From NCBI GenBank assembly GCA_963766735.1, contig CAVYBU010000020.1, positions 1 through 45,383 of the forward strand: 45,383 bases of DNA, read 5' to 3'. This document shows positions 10,429 through 21,450 of the stretch, in pieces; position 1 is the first letter of the stretch; every line of letters starts with the position of its first letter. Under the pieces are notes generated by a model that was not told the origin of the DNA, ran no database searches, and saw nothing but the letters and a program-made list of their open reading frames with translations. A program made the translations under genes and the position numbers. This DNA is from an uncultured Chloroflexia bacterium. Its GTDB lineage: Bacteria; Chloroflexota; Limnocylindria; Limnocylindrales; CSP1-4.

Positions 10429-12612
10429 CTACGGGAGCGTGGGCGGGAGCAGATACAGGTTCGGGCCGGAGACCCACACCGCGCCGTCGGGTGCAACTGA
10501 CACGGCGTCGAGCCGGAGGCCACTCCACGACCGGTGCCATCGGTGTCCGTCGAACGTGGCGATGCCGTCCCCGACCGCGATCAGAGATCCACCAGGGAGC
10601 AGTGCGAGCGTCGTGACGTCGTCGATGCCCCCGCCGTCGCCGCGGAACACCCAGTGCCCGTCGACCAGCTGCATCACGGCGGTGCGCACTGAGTCGGCAG
10701 CCGGATCGAACGTGATGGCCGCGACCCACAGCGACCCGTCCCGGTCGACGACGATCGCCGTCGGGCTCGCCTCGACGCCGGGTATCGTGACCTCTTCCCA
10801 CGCCCCGCCCGCCGAGCGCGACAGGCGGCTGCCCCACCCTCGTTCGAGGAGCCAGGTCGTGCCATCGGCGGTCGTCGCCAACGCGGTTGTGCAGCTCCCG
10901 CTCTCCATCCGAGGCTCACTGCCGAGGCTTGCTTCCCACGAGTCGCCGAGCGGGCGCAGACGTCACCAGACGGTGCCCCGAGCGCGGTCCGCATGTAGCC
11001 CGCGACCCCCTCGCCGCCGATGAAGATGGCACCTCCGCAGTTGCCGTCTACCTCATCTGCATCGGGCACCGCCGTTCCCGCGATCGTGTCACCAAGATCG
11101 ATCCAGGTGCCATTCCGGCGGACCAGCGGACCGCTGTCGGCGGTCACCCAGAGCGCTCCGTCCGGCGCGACAACCACCTGCCTGACGGCATCCTTGACCG
11201 GCAGCCGCTCCTGGTGCCATGTGGCGCCGGAGCGGCGGTAGAGCCCGTCGCCCGGCTGGCGGTCACCCCACCATGTCTGGGCTGACCGCCCACACCTCGG
11301 ACCGAGACATCGCCGCGAGCCATGCTACGTCCGTCGCTAATGCCCAACCAGGGGCGCCGGTGACACGGAGCGCATCGCGATCTCCAGACGTCGCCACGAC
11401 CCGTCCGCCAGCCGGTGGAGCCCGGCGTCCGTTGCTGCGAGCACGTGGCCCGGCCCGGGCAGGCAGTCGGTCGCCCCGACGTCGTCCTCGCCTCGGGCAG
11501 CCCGTCGCTTACGTCGTAGGTGGTCAGCGTCGATCCGTCGTCCACCTGGATCTGGACACCGCACTCGTCGCAGTCCTCCCGGACGAACCAGAGCCGGCCG
11601 TCGTCGTCGACGGCGCCCAACGACACGCATCCTTCGAGGCCGCCACGTCGTAAGTCGTTGACGTTCGCCCGCGTGGAACCGCACCAGGATCCTGCCCCTG
11701 ACCAGTCCACACCGTTCCGTCACCGCCGCGACGAGATCCGGCAGGGTGTCCCCGAAGACAGGATCCGGCAGGCCTCGCGGCTGAACGTGGTCCAGCCTGA
11801 CCCGGTCCAGGCGGAGATGCCTCGCGAGGTCCAATCACCACCCTCACCTTCGTCGAAGTTGACCGTCCAGACCCGGCCCCCGGTATCGACGACGATGCTG
11901 CTCGCGCCGCGGCCTGGGCGGCCATGGGGACCACTGGCCCAGGCGCCGTCAGCCCAGCGGATCAGCCCGTACGGTATCGGTCTGTGCCCAGAGGCGCCGT
12001 CGGCGATCCTCGACGACGAACCACAGGGGCTCTGGCGTATCGATGACCGCTGCGGAACCGCTCCCCGTCGAAGAGGCGGATCTGCTCCGGGCCCACGAGC
12101 CAGACGCCGCCCTGCCGCGAGGTGGCGAGGTCGGCCATCGCGAATGCCGGATCGTCGGCGAGGGTCCACTCGCGGGTTCGACCCGTCCGAGGGTCCACGT
12201 TGAGGACTGCGCCTGCGCGGGTCGCCCAGACCGTACCGTTCACGTCGGCCACGAGACCGTGGAGGTCGGGGTCACCGATGTCGGCCACGATCACCCCGGT
12301 CGGGGCGAGTTCGGCCGTGCTGATCGCGGCGACCATGGGCGCCAGGGTGGGCATCGGGGTCGGCGCCGGTGTCGGGCCACGGGTGGCACGGGGCGTCGCG
12401 ATCGGCGTCGCGGTTGCGGTCGCCGCCGCGACCGGAGCGCCGGAGGGCTGGAGCGGCAACGGCGGCTCGCCGTTGCTGTCACCAAGAAGACTGGCCAGCA
12501 ACCCCACCCCCACCACGAGCACGGCCGCAGCGGCAACCACGTAGGCCTGCACCCGCGATCGATCATCCCGAATCGACCCCCGGAACGCCCTTGGCTGGTT
12601 CGACGGATCCAC
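10429..12612 (-). pseudogene. Membrane-anchored beta-propeller protein broken by several frameshifts
   Basis: TM + Pro/Thr linker, then propeller repeats (DVNGTVW, DTGGRVW, DDDGRLW, APDGALW, DRDGSLW, APDGAVW) spread over at least 5 overlapping ORF pieces in different frames. Confidence 0.75.
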
Positions 12613-12857
12613 GCCTCGCCTGCTGCCTGCGATGGCACCGGTGACTCAACTCGGCCCCGGCAGCCGGATGTCGAGCGGCGCGTCATCGAGCGGCGCGTCG
12701 CCTGCCCGCGCAGGTCCCCAGTCTGAGAGGGAGGATCGCCACTGGCCACGGGCATCGGTCATAAACCCGGCGGCGTTCTGAGCTGCCCGGGAAGCGGCCC
12801 ACTGCGGCCTGACCGATCCCGCCGCCTTCGGGTGCGCTGCCCGAATGCGGTGCCGCC

Positions 12858-14054
12858 TCAGCCGCAGAAGTCCCGCCCGATCTCCACGAGGGCTCGCGCG
12901 CAGGCCACGGTGCCGCTCACGCTCACCCATTCGTCGTCGGCGTGGGCGCCTTCGCCGGGTGGTCCCAGCAGCACGGTGGGGATGCCCGCGGCTGCGGTGT
13001 AGGCCGAATCCGCCCAGAAGCTGAGGCCGGCGATCCCAGGCAGTGCACCGGTCACGCGGGCGGTCGCGCCCCTGACGAGCGCGACAAACGGATCGTCGGC
13101 CGCGATCTCGAACGGATCGCGGGCGAGCGTGACCCGCGCGGAAGCGACGAGCGCGGGATCGGCCGCACGGCAGCCGTCGAGGACGGCCTCGATCTCGGCG
13201 AGCACGCGCTCGGGCGTCTCGCCGGGCAGCGTGCGCCGTTCGACCGAGAGCAGGCAGCGATCCGGCAGCGTGGCCATCTCGCTGCCGCCCTGGATGAGCG
13301 AGGCGTGGAGCAATCCCGCGCCGAGCAGGGGATGGAGTCGTTGGGCAAGCCGTTCCGTGTGACGTTCCAGCGCGGCGATGACAGGGGCCGCCCTGAAGAT
13401 GGCATCGACACCGAGGTGCGGCCGCGAGCCGTGGGCGGCCTTCCCGCGGACCTCGATCTCGATCCAGGCGAACCCGCGGTGGCCGATCCCGACCGCCATC
13501 TCCGTGGGCTCGGTGATGACCGCGCCGTCGGCACGGACGTGGCGGAGCACCTCCTGGATCCCAGTGCTCTCCGCTTCCTCGTCGGCAACCGCAACGACGA
13601 TGGCACGGCCCCGGGCGCCCGATCGAGCGGCCTCGCGGGCCAGGTCACGGGCGGCGATGAGCGCCGCGGCGAGGCCGGCCTTCTGGTCGTACGCGCCGCG
13701 GCCGGTCAGCCGATCCCCGTCGAGGCGGGGCTCGAGTGGGGCTGCCATGGACCCGAGCCCGACGGTGTCGAGGTGCCCGTAGAGCATCAGGACCGGGGTG
13801 TGCGGGGCTTCAGCGTCGCCCCCGGACGAGCCCGTCCCGGCGTCGCCCGCGCCTGCCGACGCGTCGCCGATCACCAGGTTGGGCCGCCCATCGGGTGAGG
13901 GGATGACCCGGCTCGCCAGCCCGTTATCCGCGGCCCATCGTTGGACGAACCGCGCGATCTCGTGCTCGCCGGCGCCTCCCGGGACCAGCGTCGGGTTGAC
14001 GGAGTCGATCGCGATGAGGCGTCGAGCCAGGTCGATGACGTCTTCGGTCGGCAT
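12858..14054 (-). CDS. M20 family ArgE/DapE-like deacylase
   Basis: LYGHLDTV, GRGAYDQK, ADEE, ITEPT, GKAAHGS, GAHADDEWV; start placed at ATG 14054. Confidence 0.92.
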   Translation of the reverse strand: MPTEDVIDLARRLIAIDSVNPTLVPGGAGEHEIARFVQRWAADNGLASRVIPSPDGRPNLVIGDASAGAGDAGTGSSGGDAEAPHTPVLMLYGHLDTVGLGSMAAPLEPRLDGDRLTGRGAYDQKAGLAAALIAARDLAREAARSGARGRAIVVAVADEEAESTGIQEVLRHVRADGAVITEPTEMAVGIGHRGFAWIEIEVRGKAAHGSRPHLGVDAIFRAAPVIAALERHTERLAQRLHPLLGAGLLHASLIQGGSEMATLPDRCLLSVERRTLPGETPERVLAEIEAVLDGCRAADPALVASARVTLARDPFEIAADDPFVALVRGATARVTGALPGIAGLSFWADSAYTAAAGIPTVLLGPPGEGAHADDEWVSVSGTVACARALVEIGRDFCG

Positions 14055-14119
14055 GGGCCAAGGATGTCGCAATTCGATCCGCGCCGCCTGCGGCTGGCAC
14101 CGGAGGACCGCTCGAGCAC

Positions 14120-14737
14120 GGCGCTGACTGGTGACCTGGCCGACTATCCGCCGAGGAGCCGCTGGAAGAACTCGCTGCGGTCGATGTTGGCGACGTGCGT
14201 GAAGTACTCGTCCTGGATCTTGTAGATGACGATGAGCGTGCCGATGAGCCACCGGTGGCGGTGCAGGAGGGCGAAGCTGCGCTCCTGCCAGTCGGGGAGG
14301 CGGCGGATCACCCGCTCCCAGGCCAGGATCGAGGCGGTCACGAGGAACAGCGGTTCGAGGAAGTTCGGGAAGACGGCGAGGAACAGCTCGTTCCCGGTGA
14401 GCAGGAAGCCCACCTGGCCGACGGAGCGGAACAGGAACAGCCCGAGCATCAGCCGCCTCGTCGGCCACTCGTTCCGGTACGCCACGACGACGATCGCGAC
14501 GTACGTGACCCAGTCGGCCAGCTTGTCGATAGGCTGGTAGGACTCGTTCGGCAGGCCCAGGGGGACGAGCAGGTCGCCGTCCACGGAGTCGAGGACGAAG
14601 TTGGCCCAGCCGGCCGCGAACGGGAAGCGGACGATGAGGATCGGGAGCCCGAACTTCGCCGCGATGATCAGGGCGATCGCAAGGACCTCGATCGGGCTGG
14701 TTCCTGCTGCAAGGATCCGCTGCATCACGAGGGCCTC
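14120..14737. repeat. ~618-bp direct duplication, copy 1 (partner 20705..21321)
   Basis: Direct comparison shows 4 substitutions in the CDS and one 1-nt indel past the stop. Confidence 0.97.
14144..14728 (-). CDS. Membrane protein with CDP-alcohol phosphotransferase-like Asp motif (copy 1)
   Basis: 194 aa, hydrophobic; LDSVDG...IDKLAD resembles DxxDG...DxxxD; protein identical to 20728..21312. Confidence 0.7.
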   Translation of the reverse strand: MMQRILAAGTSPIEVLAIALIIAAKFGLPILIVRFPFAAGWANFVLDSVDGDLLVPLGLPNESYQPIDKLADWVTYVAIVVVAYRNEWPTRRLMLGLFLFRSVGQVGFLLTGNELFLAVFPNFLEPLFLVTASILAWERVIRRLPDWQERSFALLHRHRWLIGTLIVIYKIQDEYFTHVANIDRSEFFQRLLGG

Positions 14738-14759
14738 GACTTCACGGGCGGCTGTGGGC

Positions 14760-15230
14760 TCAGCCGACGGTCTTGCGCATCATGACGTCGGTCTCCATGT
14801 AGCCGGACGACCGGTAGAGGTGACGCGCGACCTCGTTGTCCCCGAAGACGTGCAACCCGATCGCGTCATAGCCGAGGTCGCGCGCGAGCGGCTCCAGCGC
14901 GACCAGGGTGGCCCGGCCGTAGCCTCGGCCGCGAGCCTCAGCCAGGACCTCGATGTCCCAGATGAAGCAGGTGCTCCGGGGACCCTCCCGGAGCGGCCCG
15001 AACCAGAGCGTGCCGACCACCTCGCCCGACTCGTTCACGATCGAGCGCAGCTCGTGGTCAGGCGTGTCGATGCCCCGGGGCAGGAGCTCCGTGAACTCGC
15101 GATCCGCTCGCGCTTCGGCACCCTCCGCCGACCAGGCGCCGACGCGCACCTTGTCGGCCGCGTACCCGCGCACCGCACCAACGCGCCACTGCTCCCATGT
15201 CTCGAGGGACATCGGCTCGAGTGTGACCAT
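14760..15230 (-). CDS. GNAT family N-acetyltransferase
   Basis: FIWDIEV..EARGRGYGR (acetyl-CoA motif A), LHVFGDNEVARHLYRSSGY. Confidence 0.92.
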   Translation of the reverse strand: MVTLEPMSLETWEQWRVGAVRGYAADKVRVGAWSAEGAEARADREFTELLPRGIDTPDHELRSIVNESGEVVGTLWFGPLREGPRSTCFIWDIEVLAEARGRGYGRATLVALEPLARDLGYDAIGLHVFGDNEVARHLYRSSGYMETDVMMRKTVG

Positions 15231-15251
15231 CGGCGGGAGGATATCGGAACA

Positions 15252-15277
15252 GTGCCCCCGGAGGGCGTCGTGCTGGG
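15252..15277 (+). repeat. Eroded copy of the tRNA-3'-like site
   Basis: GTGCCCCCG-GAGGGCGT-CGTGCTGGG has the same 8-bp spacer as the 31099 copy; intergenic. Confidence 0.5.
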
Positions 15278-15438
15278 TCTGGGGCGCCGCGTGCCGCTCG
15301 TGAGTTGCTGGGTCGCGTCACCGCGGAGTCAACAACGCCGGCCTCGTAGGGAGACGCCCGAGCAGGTATCGGCCCGCGCAGCCGACTTGGCGCGCCAGCG
15401 GCACCCAATCGGCCTCGGACGGGCACTTGGCCCCGCGC

Positions 15439-16891
15439 TCAGGACGGGGGCCGAGTGTCGTCGGCCCGGCGCACCGCCCGCTCCGCGAGGACGCGGACCG
15501 TCCCGCGGAAGATCAGGCCGTGGACCGGGTACAGCAGGTACCAGTAGGCGAGTCCCGGAAGCCCCTTCGGCTCGAAGAAGGCCGTCTGCACCAGGCGGCT
15601 GCCGCCCTCGGTCGCTGCTACCTCGTACTGGAGCCAGGCCCGGCCCGGCACCTTCATCTCCGCCCGCAGGCGCAGCAGGGTCGGCCGCCGGATCTCCTCC
15701 ACCCGCCAGAAGTCGAGCGCGTCGCCAACTCGCAGCTGATCGGGATCACGGCGTCCCAGTCGCATCCCGACGCCACCGACGGCCCGGTCCATGAGGCCGC
15801 GGGCCCACCACAGCCGGTTGCCGTACGGCCAGCCGGCTTCGCCGCCCACCCGCTCGATCTCGGCGAACACCATGCTCGGGTGATGCGGCGATCGTCCGCT
15901 GCCGTCGCTCGACGATCATCCCCTCGTGGGATGCGACCGACGAGAGGCTCGCCTTGTCGGGGGCCGCGAGCGCGTCGAACCACGTCGACTCGACGTCGTG
16001 TCGGTCGGTCCGGTCGATCGCCCGCTGGAGCGCCTCGACGTATGGCAGCGGACGGATGTCGAATGCTGCGGCCGGCCCGGGGTCGCGGACCACCACCTCG
16101 TTGCGGAGGCCCTCGATGAGCGGCCGGGCGATTCCCGCCGGCACCGGCGAGACCAGGTTCACCCAGTACGAGGAGAGGCGCGGCGTGAGGACGGGGACCG
16201 GGATCATCAGGCGGCGCAGCCCCCGGAGACGGGCGTACGTCCGCATCATGTCGCCATAGGAGAGGACGTCCGGGCCGCCGATCTCGACGACCCCGGCCAC
16301 CTCGGGATGGTCGAGTGCATCCGCGAGGTAGTCCAGGACATCGCGGATCCCGATCGGCTGGCAGTGGGTACCGACCCAGCGAGGGGTGATCATGATCGGC
16401 AGCCGCTCGGTCAGGTGGCGGAGGATCTCGAACGACGCGCTGCCCGATCCGATGATCACCGCCGCCCGGAACTCGGTGACCGGCACGCCGTGCGCCGCGA
16501 GCTCGGCGCCGGTCTCGTGGCGGCTCGCCAGGTGGTGCGAGAGATCGGCTGAGTCGTCGCCAAGGCCACCGAGGTAGATGATCTGCGACACGCCGGCGCC
16601 TGCCGCGGCCTGCGCGAATGAGCGGGCCGCCTGCCGGTCCCGCTCGGCAAACCCGGCCTCGCCGCCGCCCATCGAGTGGGCAAGGTAATAGGCGACCTCG
16701 ATCCCCTCGAGCGCCCCGGGCAGGGTCGATGGGTCGAGGAGGTCGGCGGCGACCACCTGCGCCCCCGGGAACCGGTCTGCGAGGGGGCGGGCATCGCGGC
16801 TCGTCAGGACGAGGTCGTGACCCCGCGCCTGGAGCAGCGGAACGAGGCGACTCCCGATGTAGCCGCTGGCACCGACAACAAGAATGCGCAT
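15439..16891 (-). pseudogene. NAD(P)-binding SDR/epimerase with C-terminal DUF2867 (YbjT-like), frameshift near 15873
   Basis: MRILVVGASGYIG Rossmann motif; C-terminal GDALDFWRVEE..LRLRAEMKVPGRAWL lies in a different frame. Confidence 0.8.
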
Positions 16892-16944
16892 GACGCGAGT
16901 ATGCGCCAAGATCCTCCACGCGCCGTCCGGGGCTCTCGGAGCTC

Positions 16945-16980
16945 GTGCGCCCGGAGGGCTCGAGCGGGCCAGAACGACAC
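16945..16980 (+). repeat. Degenerate copy of the tRNA-3'-like site
   Basis: GTGCGCCCG-GAGGGCT-CGAGCGGGC-CAGAACGACAC between divergent genes. Confidence 0.7.
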
Positions 16981-17051
16981 CGCCGCGAGTGCCGCCCCGC
17001 GGAGAGCCCTCGCAGAGGCGGGTTGCTGCCTCGGGTAATCTTCGCCCCATC

Positions 17052-20000
17052 GTGAACTGTCCCAACTGCGGTACCAACAACCCGGCTGACGGCCGCTTCT
17101 GCCTGGAGTGCGGCGCGCCGCTCGGTGGGTGTCCGGCGTGCGGCGCCGTCAATCCAACCGGCGCGCGCTTCTGCGGCACCTGTGGAAAGCGGTTGCTCGA
17201 GGCACCGGACGGTGCCTCGAGCGCGACGGGCGCCTCGCCGGAGGGCGTGCCGGTGAGCGAGATCGGATCGCGGGCAACCGCGCCCGCCTCCGGGCAGGGT
17301 CCGGGCTCCGAGGGGGTCGGATCAACCGAGCGGCGCATGGTCACCGTGCTGTTCGCCGATCTTGTCGGCTTCACTGCCCTCTCGGCGAGTCGCGACGCGG
17401 AGACGGTCCGCGAGATCCAGGGTCGCTACTTCGAGCGAACGCGGGAGATCCTCGGCCGCTACGGCGGCTCCGTGGAGAAGTTCATCGGCGACGCCGTGAT
17501 GGCGCTGTGGGGCGCACCCGTCGCCCACGAGGACGACGCCGAGCGGGCCGTCCGCGCAGCCCTGGACCTCGCGGACATGGTGCCGGCCCTCGGTCGAGAG
17601 TCGGGCGTGGAGGACCTCCAGCTCCGTGTCGGAGTCATGACGGGGGAGGCAGCCGTGGTCGTCGGCGCCGAGGGTCAGGGCATGGTCACCGGCGACATGG
17701 TCAACACCGCGGCGAGGCTCCAGTCGGCTGCGGCCCCGGGAACCGTCCTGGTCGGCGCCGCAACTCGCCTCTCGACCCAGTCAGCGATCGCCTACGAGAT
17801 CGCCGGCGATCACCTGCTCAAGGGCAAGGAGGCGCCGGTCCCCGCCTGGCGTGCGGTTCGAATCCTCGCAGAACGCGGCGGCGCCCGGCGGCCCGAGGCC
17901 CTGGAGCCGCCGTTCGTCGGCCGGGCGGACGAGATCCGCTTTCTCAAGGAGCAGTTCCATGCCACGGGTCGCGAGAGACGGGCTCGGCTGATCTCGCTCG
18001 TCGGCCAGGCGGGGATCGGCAAGAGCCGGCTCGCATGGGAGCTCGAGAAGTACCTCGACGGCGTCGTTGAGACGGTCTTCTGGCACCGTGGGAGGGCACC
18101 CTCGTACGGCGAGGGCATCACCTTCTGGGCGCTCAGCGAAATGATCCGGCGGCGGGCTGGGCTGGCCGAGGGCGACGACGCCGAGACAACCCGTGCCGCG
18201 ATCGCCGCGATGGTCGCCCGGTACGTGCCGGATGTCGCGGAGCAGGCCTGGATCGAGCCGCGTCTCTACACTCTCCTCGGGGTGGGGGAGCCGGTGACCG
18301 GCGGACACGAGGAACTGTTCGCCGCGTGGCGGACCTTCTTCGAGCGACTGGCGATCGAGGGCACGGTGGCGCTCGTGATCGAGGACCTTCAATGGTCCGA
18401 CGACGGTCTGCTCGACTTCCTGGAGCACGTTATGGATTGGGCGCGGTCCAGCCCGATCTTCGTCCTGACGCTTGCCCGGCCGGAGCTGCTGGAGCGCCGG
18501 CCGGGATGGGGCGCGAACCGGCGTGGCGCGATCTCCATGCGCCTCGAACCGCTCGCGGACGACGCGATCCGAGAGCTTCTCACGGGCATCGCCCCCGCCC
18601 TCCCGGAGCCGGTCGTCCGTCGCGTCGTGGACAGAGCGGACGGCATCCCGCTCTATGCCGTCGAGACCGTCCGGATGCTCGTCTCCTCCGGGCGGCTGGT
18701 GGCGCGCGACGGCGGGCTCGTGGTCGATGGCGAGATCGCCGAGCTCGACGTCCCGCCGACCCTTCACGCGCTCGTCGCGGCCCGGCTGGATGGGCTGGCA
18801 CCGTCCGACCGGGCGCTGCTCGAGGACGCGTCGGTCCTCGGTCAGTCGTTCACGATGACGGCCCTCTCGGCGATGACCGGGGAGACGCCGGACACGCTGG
18901 CTCCACTGCTCGATTCGCTCGTGCGGCGCGAGATCCTCGCAGTCGAATCGGATCCGAAGGCGCCCACCCGTGGCCAGCATGCCTTTGTGCAGGCGCTCGT
19001 CCGCGAGGTCGCCTACTCGACGCTGTCCAGGCGCGAGCGGCGCGCCCGCCACCTCACGGCGGCCCGCTACTTCGAATCGCTGGTGGACGAGGAGCTCGCC
19101 GGGGCCGTGGCAACCCACTTCGTCGCCGCCTATCACGCCGCGCCCGACGGACCGGAGGGTGAGGCCGTGGGGACGCAGGCGCGGATCGCACTCGTTGCCA
19201 CGGCCGATCGGGCGGAACGACTTGGGGCCCTGAGCCAGGCCATCGACGCCCTTCGCGAGGCGGCCGAGGTGAGCCGCGATGCCGCCGAGCGGGGGCGCAT
19301 CCTGGAACGGCTCGGCTACCTCGCCACGGAGGCGTCATCTTCTGACGAGGCGGTCACGGCGCTCGACGATGCGATCCGCGTCTTCGAAGCCGCAGGCGAC
19401 CGGGTGGGCATCATCCGGGCGACGGCCGGGCTCATGCTCGCCTATTCGGCGGCGACTCGGATCGCGGAGGCCGTCAGCAGCGGGGACACCGTCAAGGCCG
19501 AGGGCGAGGCGCTGGTGGAGGAGGTCCTCTCGGCGGGCCCCGGCGGCGCCCGCGACCGGGCGGAAGCCGCGGCAATCTTCGCGGAGGCGATGGGCCGCGT
19601 GGAGTTCCGGGCCCAGCGCCCCGACACGTCGATCGAGTGGTGTGACCGGGCGCTCCGCATCGCAGAGCCGCTCCGCCTCGACGAGGTGATCGCGATGGCC
19701 CTCACCACGAGGGGCACCGCCCTCAGCCATGGTGGCCGGGCACGGGAGGGCGTGGCGCTCCTCGAGGGCGCCCTGCTCGACGCCCGCTCGCACGGCCAGC
19801 ACCTGGCAGCGCTTCGAGCTGCCAACAACCTCGCCTCGAACCTGACCCTGACCGACCCGCGTGCGTGCCTGGACCGGATCCGCGAGGCGCTCGCCCTCGC
19901 CCACCGGCTCGGCTTCCGCGCGTTCGACGGCTATCTTGCGGGCAACGCCGTGGGCGCGGCCGACTCGACGGGTGAATGGGACCTCGTGACCGGGTGGATC

Positions 20001-20690
20001 GCCGAGATGCTCGAGAGCTTCCCGGATCGGCCGGAGAGCGAATGGCTCCGATTCTGCCTGCAAAGTGCGTCGCCCTGGCGAGGCGGAGCGGACCTCGCGC
20101 TGGTCCAGAACCTGCTCGAGGAGGCCCAGCGGGAGGGCGACTACCAGAGCGAGATCAACGCGCTGGCCTTCATGGTCGATGTCGCCGTGGCTGCCGGGCG
20201 GCACGAGGAGGCCGTCCAGCAGGCCGAGCGCCTCCTGGCGGTCGACCGCGTGGGGATGATGGCCGTCATCACGGCCCGGGCCGGCCTCCACGGCGGCCGC
20301 CCCGACATAGCGGGCAGGGCCCTGGAGGCCGCGGGTCAGGGGTTCGGCGGCGTCCACGATCACGACCTGGCGACCGTCCGGGCCGGTCTCGCCGCCGTCG
20401 AGGGCCGTGCTGCCGAAGCCGTTCTGCTCTACCGCTCCGCCATTTCCGGTTTCCGGGAGTACGGCGTCCGGTTCAGCCTTGCGCTCGCCATCTTCGACAT
20501 GCTGACCTTCATCGGCCCGGCGGACCCGGCGGTGCACCCCCTCTTGGACGAGGGCCGAGGGATCCTGGCGGACCTGGGTGCCACGGTGCTCCTGGATCGG
20601 TTCGATGCGCTGGTGGCCGGTGGGACGTATGCGGCAAAGGGGTCAGAGAAGGATGGCGGCGGCGTGACCGAGGCGACCGCGCGTCACTGA
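17052..20690 (+). CDS. Double zinc ribbon + class III adenylate/guanylate cyclase + AAA ATPase + TPR-like protein
   Basis: Four CxxC pairs; VLFADLVGFT, EKFIGDAVMA, VNTAARL; Walker A GQAGIGKS; Walker B VIEDLQW; helical C-terminus; start placed at GTG 17052. Confidence 0.93.
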   Translation: MNCPNCGTNNPADGRFCLECGAPLGGCPACGAVNPTGARFCGTCGKRLLEAPDGASSATGASPEGVPVSEIGSRATAPASGQGPGSEGVGSTERRMVTVLFADLVGFTALSASRDAETVREIQGRYFERTREILGRYGGSVEKFIGDAVMALWGAPVAHEDDAERAVRAALDLADMVPALGRESGVEDLQLRVGVMTGEAAVVVGAEGQGMVTGDMVNTAARLQSAAAPGTVLVGAATRLSTQSAIAYEIAGDHLLKGKEAPVPAWRAVRILAERGGARRPEALEPPFVGRADEIRFLKEQFHATGRERRARLISLVGQAGIGKSRLAWELEKYLDGVVETVFWHRGRAPSYGEGITFWALSEMIRRRAGLAEGDDAETTRAAIAAMVARYVPDVAEQAWIEPRLYTLLGVGEPVTGGHEELFAAWRTFFERLAIEGTVALVIEDLQWSDDGLLDFLEHVMDWARSSPIFVLTLARPELLERRPGWGANRRGAISMRLEPLADDAIRELLTGIAPALPEPVVRRVVDRADGIPLYAVETVRMLVSSGRLVARDGGLVVDGEIAELDVPPTLHALVAARLDGLAPSDRALLEDASVLGQSFTMTALSAMTGETPDTLAPLLDSLVRREILAVESDPKAPTRGQHAFVQALVREVAYSTLSRRERRARHLTAARYFESLVDEELAGAVATHFVAAYHAAPDGPEGEAVGTQARIALVATADRAERLGALSQAIDALREAAEVSRDAAERGRILERLGYLATEASSSDEAVTALDDAIRVFEAAGDRVGIIRATAGLMLAYSAATRIAEAVSSGDTVKAEGEALVEEVLSAGPGGARDRAEAAAIFAEAMGRVEFRAQRPDTSIEWCDRALRIAEPLRLDEVIAMALTTRGTALSHGGRAREGVALLEGALLDARSHGQHLAALRAANNLASNLTLTDPRACLDRIREALALAHRLGFRAFDGYLAGNAVGAADSTGEWDLVTGWIAEMLESFPDRPESEWLRFCLQSASPWRGGADLALVQNLLEEAQREGDYQSEINALAFMVDVAVAAGRHEEAVQQAERLLAVDRVGMMAVITARAGLHGGRPDIAGRALEAAGQGFGGVHDHDLATVRAGLAAVEGRAAEAVLLYRSAISGFREYGVRFSLALAIFDMLTFIGPADPAVHPLLDEGRGILADLGATVLLDRFDALVAGGTYAAKGSEKDGGGVTEATARH

Positions 20691-20704
20691 GGCGGTGCTC
20701 CGTG

Positions 20705-21321
20705 GGCGCTGACTGGTGACCGGCCGACTATCCGCCGAGGAGCCGCTGGAAGAACTCGCTGCGGTCGATGTTGGCGACGTGCGTGAAGTACTCGTCCTGG
20801 ATCTTGTAGATGACGATGAGCGTGCCGATGAGCCACCGGTGGCGGTGCAGGAGGGCGAAGCTGCGCTCCTGCCAGTCGGGGAGGCGGCGGATCACCCGCT
20901 CCCAGGCCAGGATCGAGGCGGTCACGAGGAACAGCGGTTCGAGGAAGTTCGGGAAGACGGCGAGGAACAGCTCGTTCCCGGTGAGCAGGAAGCCCACCTG
21001 GCCGACGGAGCGGAACAGGAACAGCCCGAGCATCAGCCGCCTCGTCGGCCACTCGTTCCGGTACGCCACGACGACGATCGCGACGTACGTGACCCAGTCG
21101 GCCAGCTTGTCGATGGGCTGGTAGGACTCGTTCGGCAGGCCCAGGGGGACGAGCAGGTCGCCGTCCACGGAGTCGAGGACGAAGTTGGCCCAGCCGGCCG
21201 CGAACGGGAAGCGGACGATGAGGATCGGGAGCCCGAACTTCGCCGCGATGATCAACGCGATCGCAAGGACCTCGATCGGGCTGGTTCCTGCTGCAAGGAT
21301 GCGCTGCATCACGAGGGCCTC
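20705..21321. repeat. ~617-bp direct duplication, copy 2 (partner 14120..14737)
   Basis: Direct sequence comparison. Confidence 0.97.
20728..21312 (-). CDS. Membrane protein with CDP-alcohol phosphotransferase-like Asp motif (copy 2)
   Basis: Protein identical to 14144..14728. Confidence 0.7.
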   Translation of the reverse strand: MMQRILAAGTSPIEVLAIALIIAAKFGLPILIVRFPFAAGWANFVLDSVDGDLLVPLGLPNESYQPIDKLADWVTYVAIVVVAYRNEWPTRRLMLGLFLFRSVGQVGFLLTGNELFLAVFPNFLEPLFLVTASILAWERVIRRLPDWQERSFALLHRHRWLIGTLIVIYKIQDEYFTHVANIDRSEFFQRLLGG

Positions 21322-21450
21322 ACCCGCACGGTTCGGTGCGGTCGGTGGTCACATCGTCCTGCCCGTCGGGCCGTGGACGCGGTCACTCCACCGCACCGAT
21401 GGGGTCGCGGTCGAGAGCCGAACGACCCTGACACCGGTAGCATCGAGAAC

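Noticed and set aside
12671-12700. 15-bp tandem duplication TCGAGCGGCGCGTC(A/G)
   Set aside because: Only two units; likely slippage with no supporting context.
15351-15396. GACGCCCG...CGGCCCGCGCAG and TGGCGCGCC near the 15252 copy
   Set aside because: GC-only matches without the GAGGG spacer.
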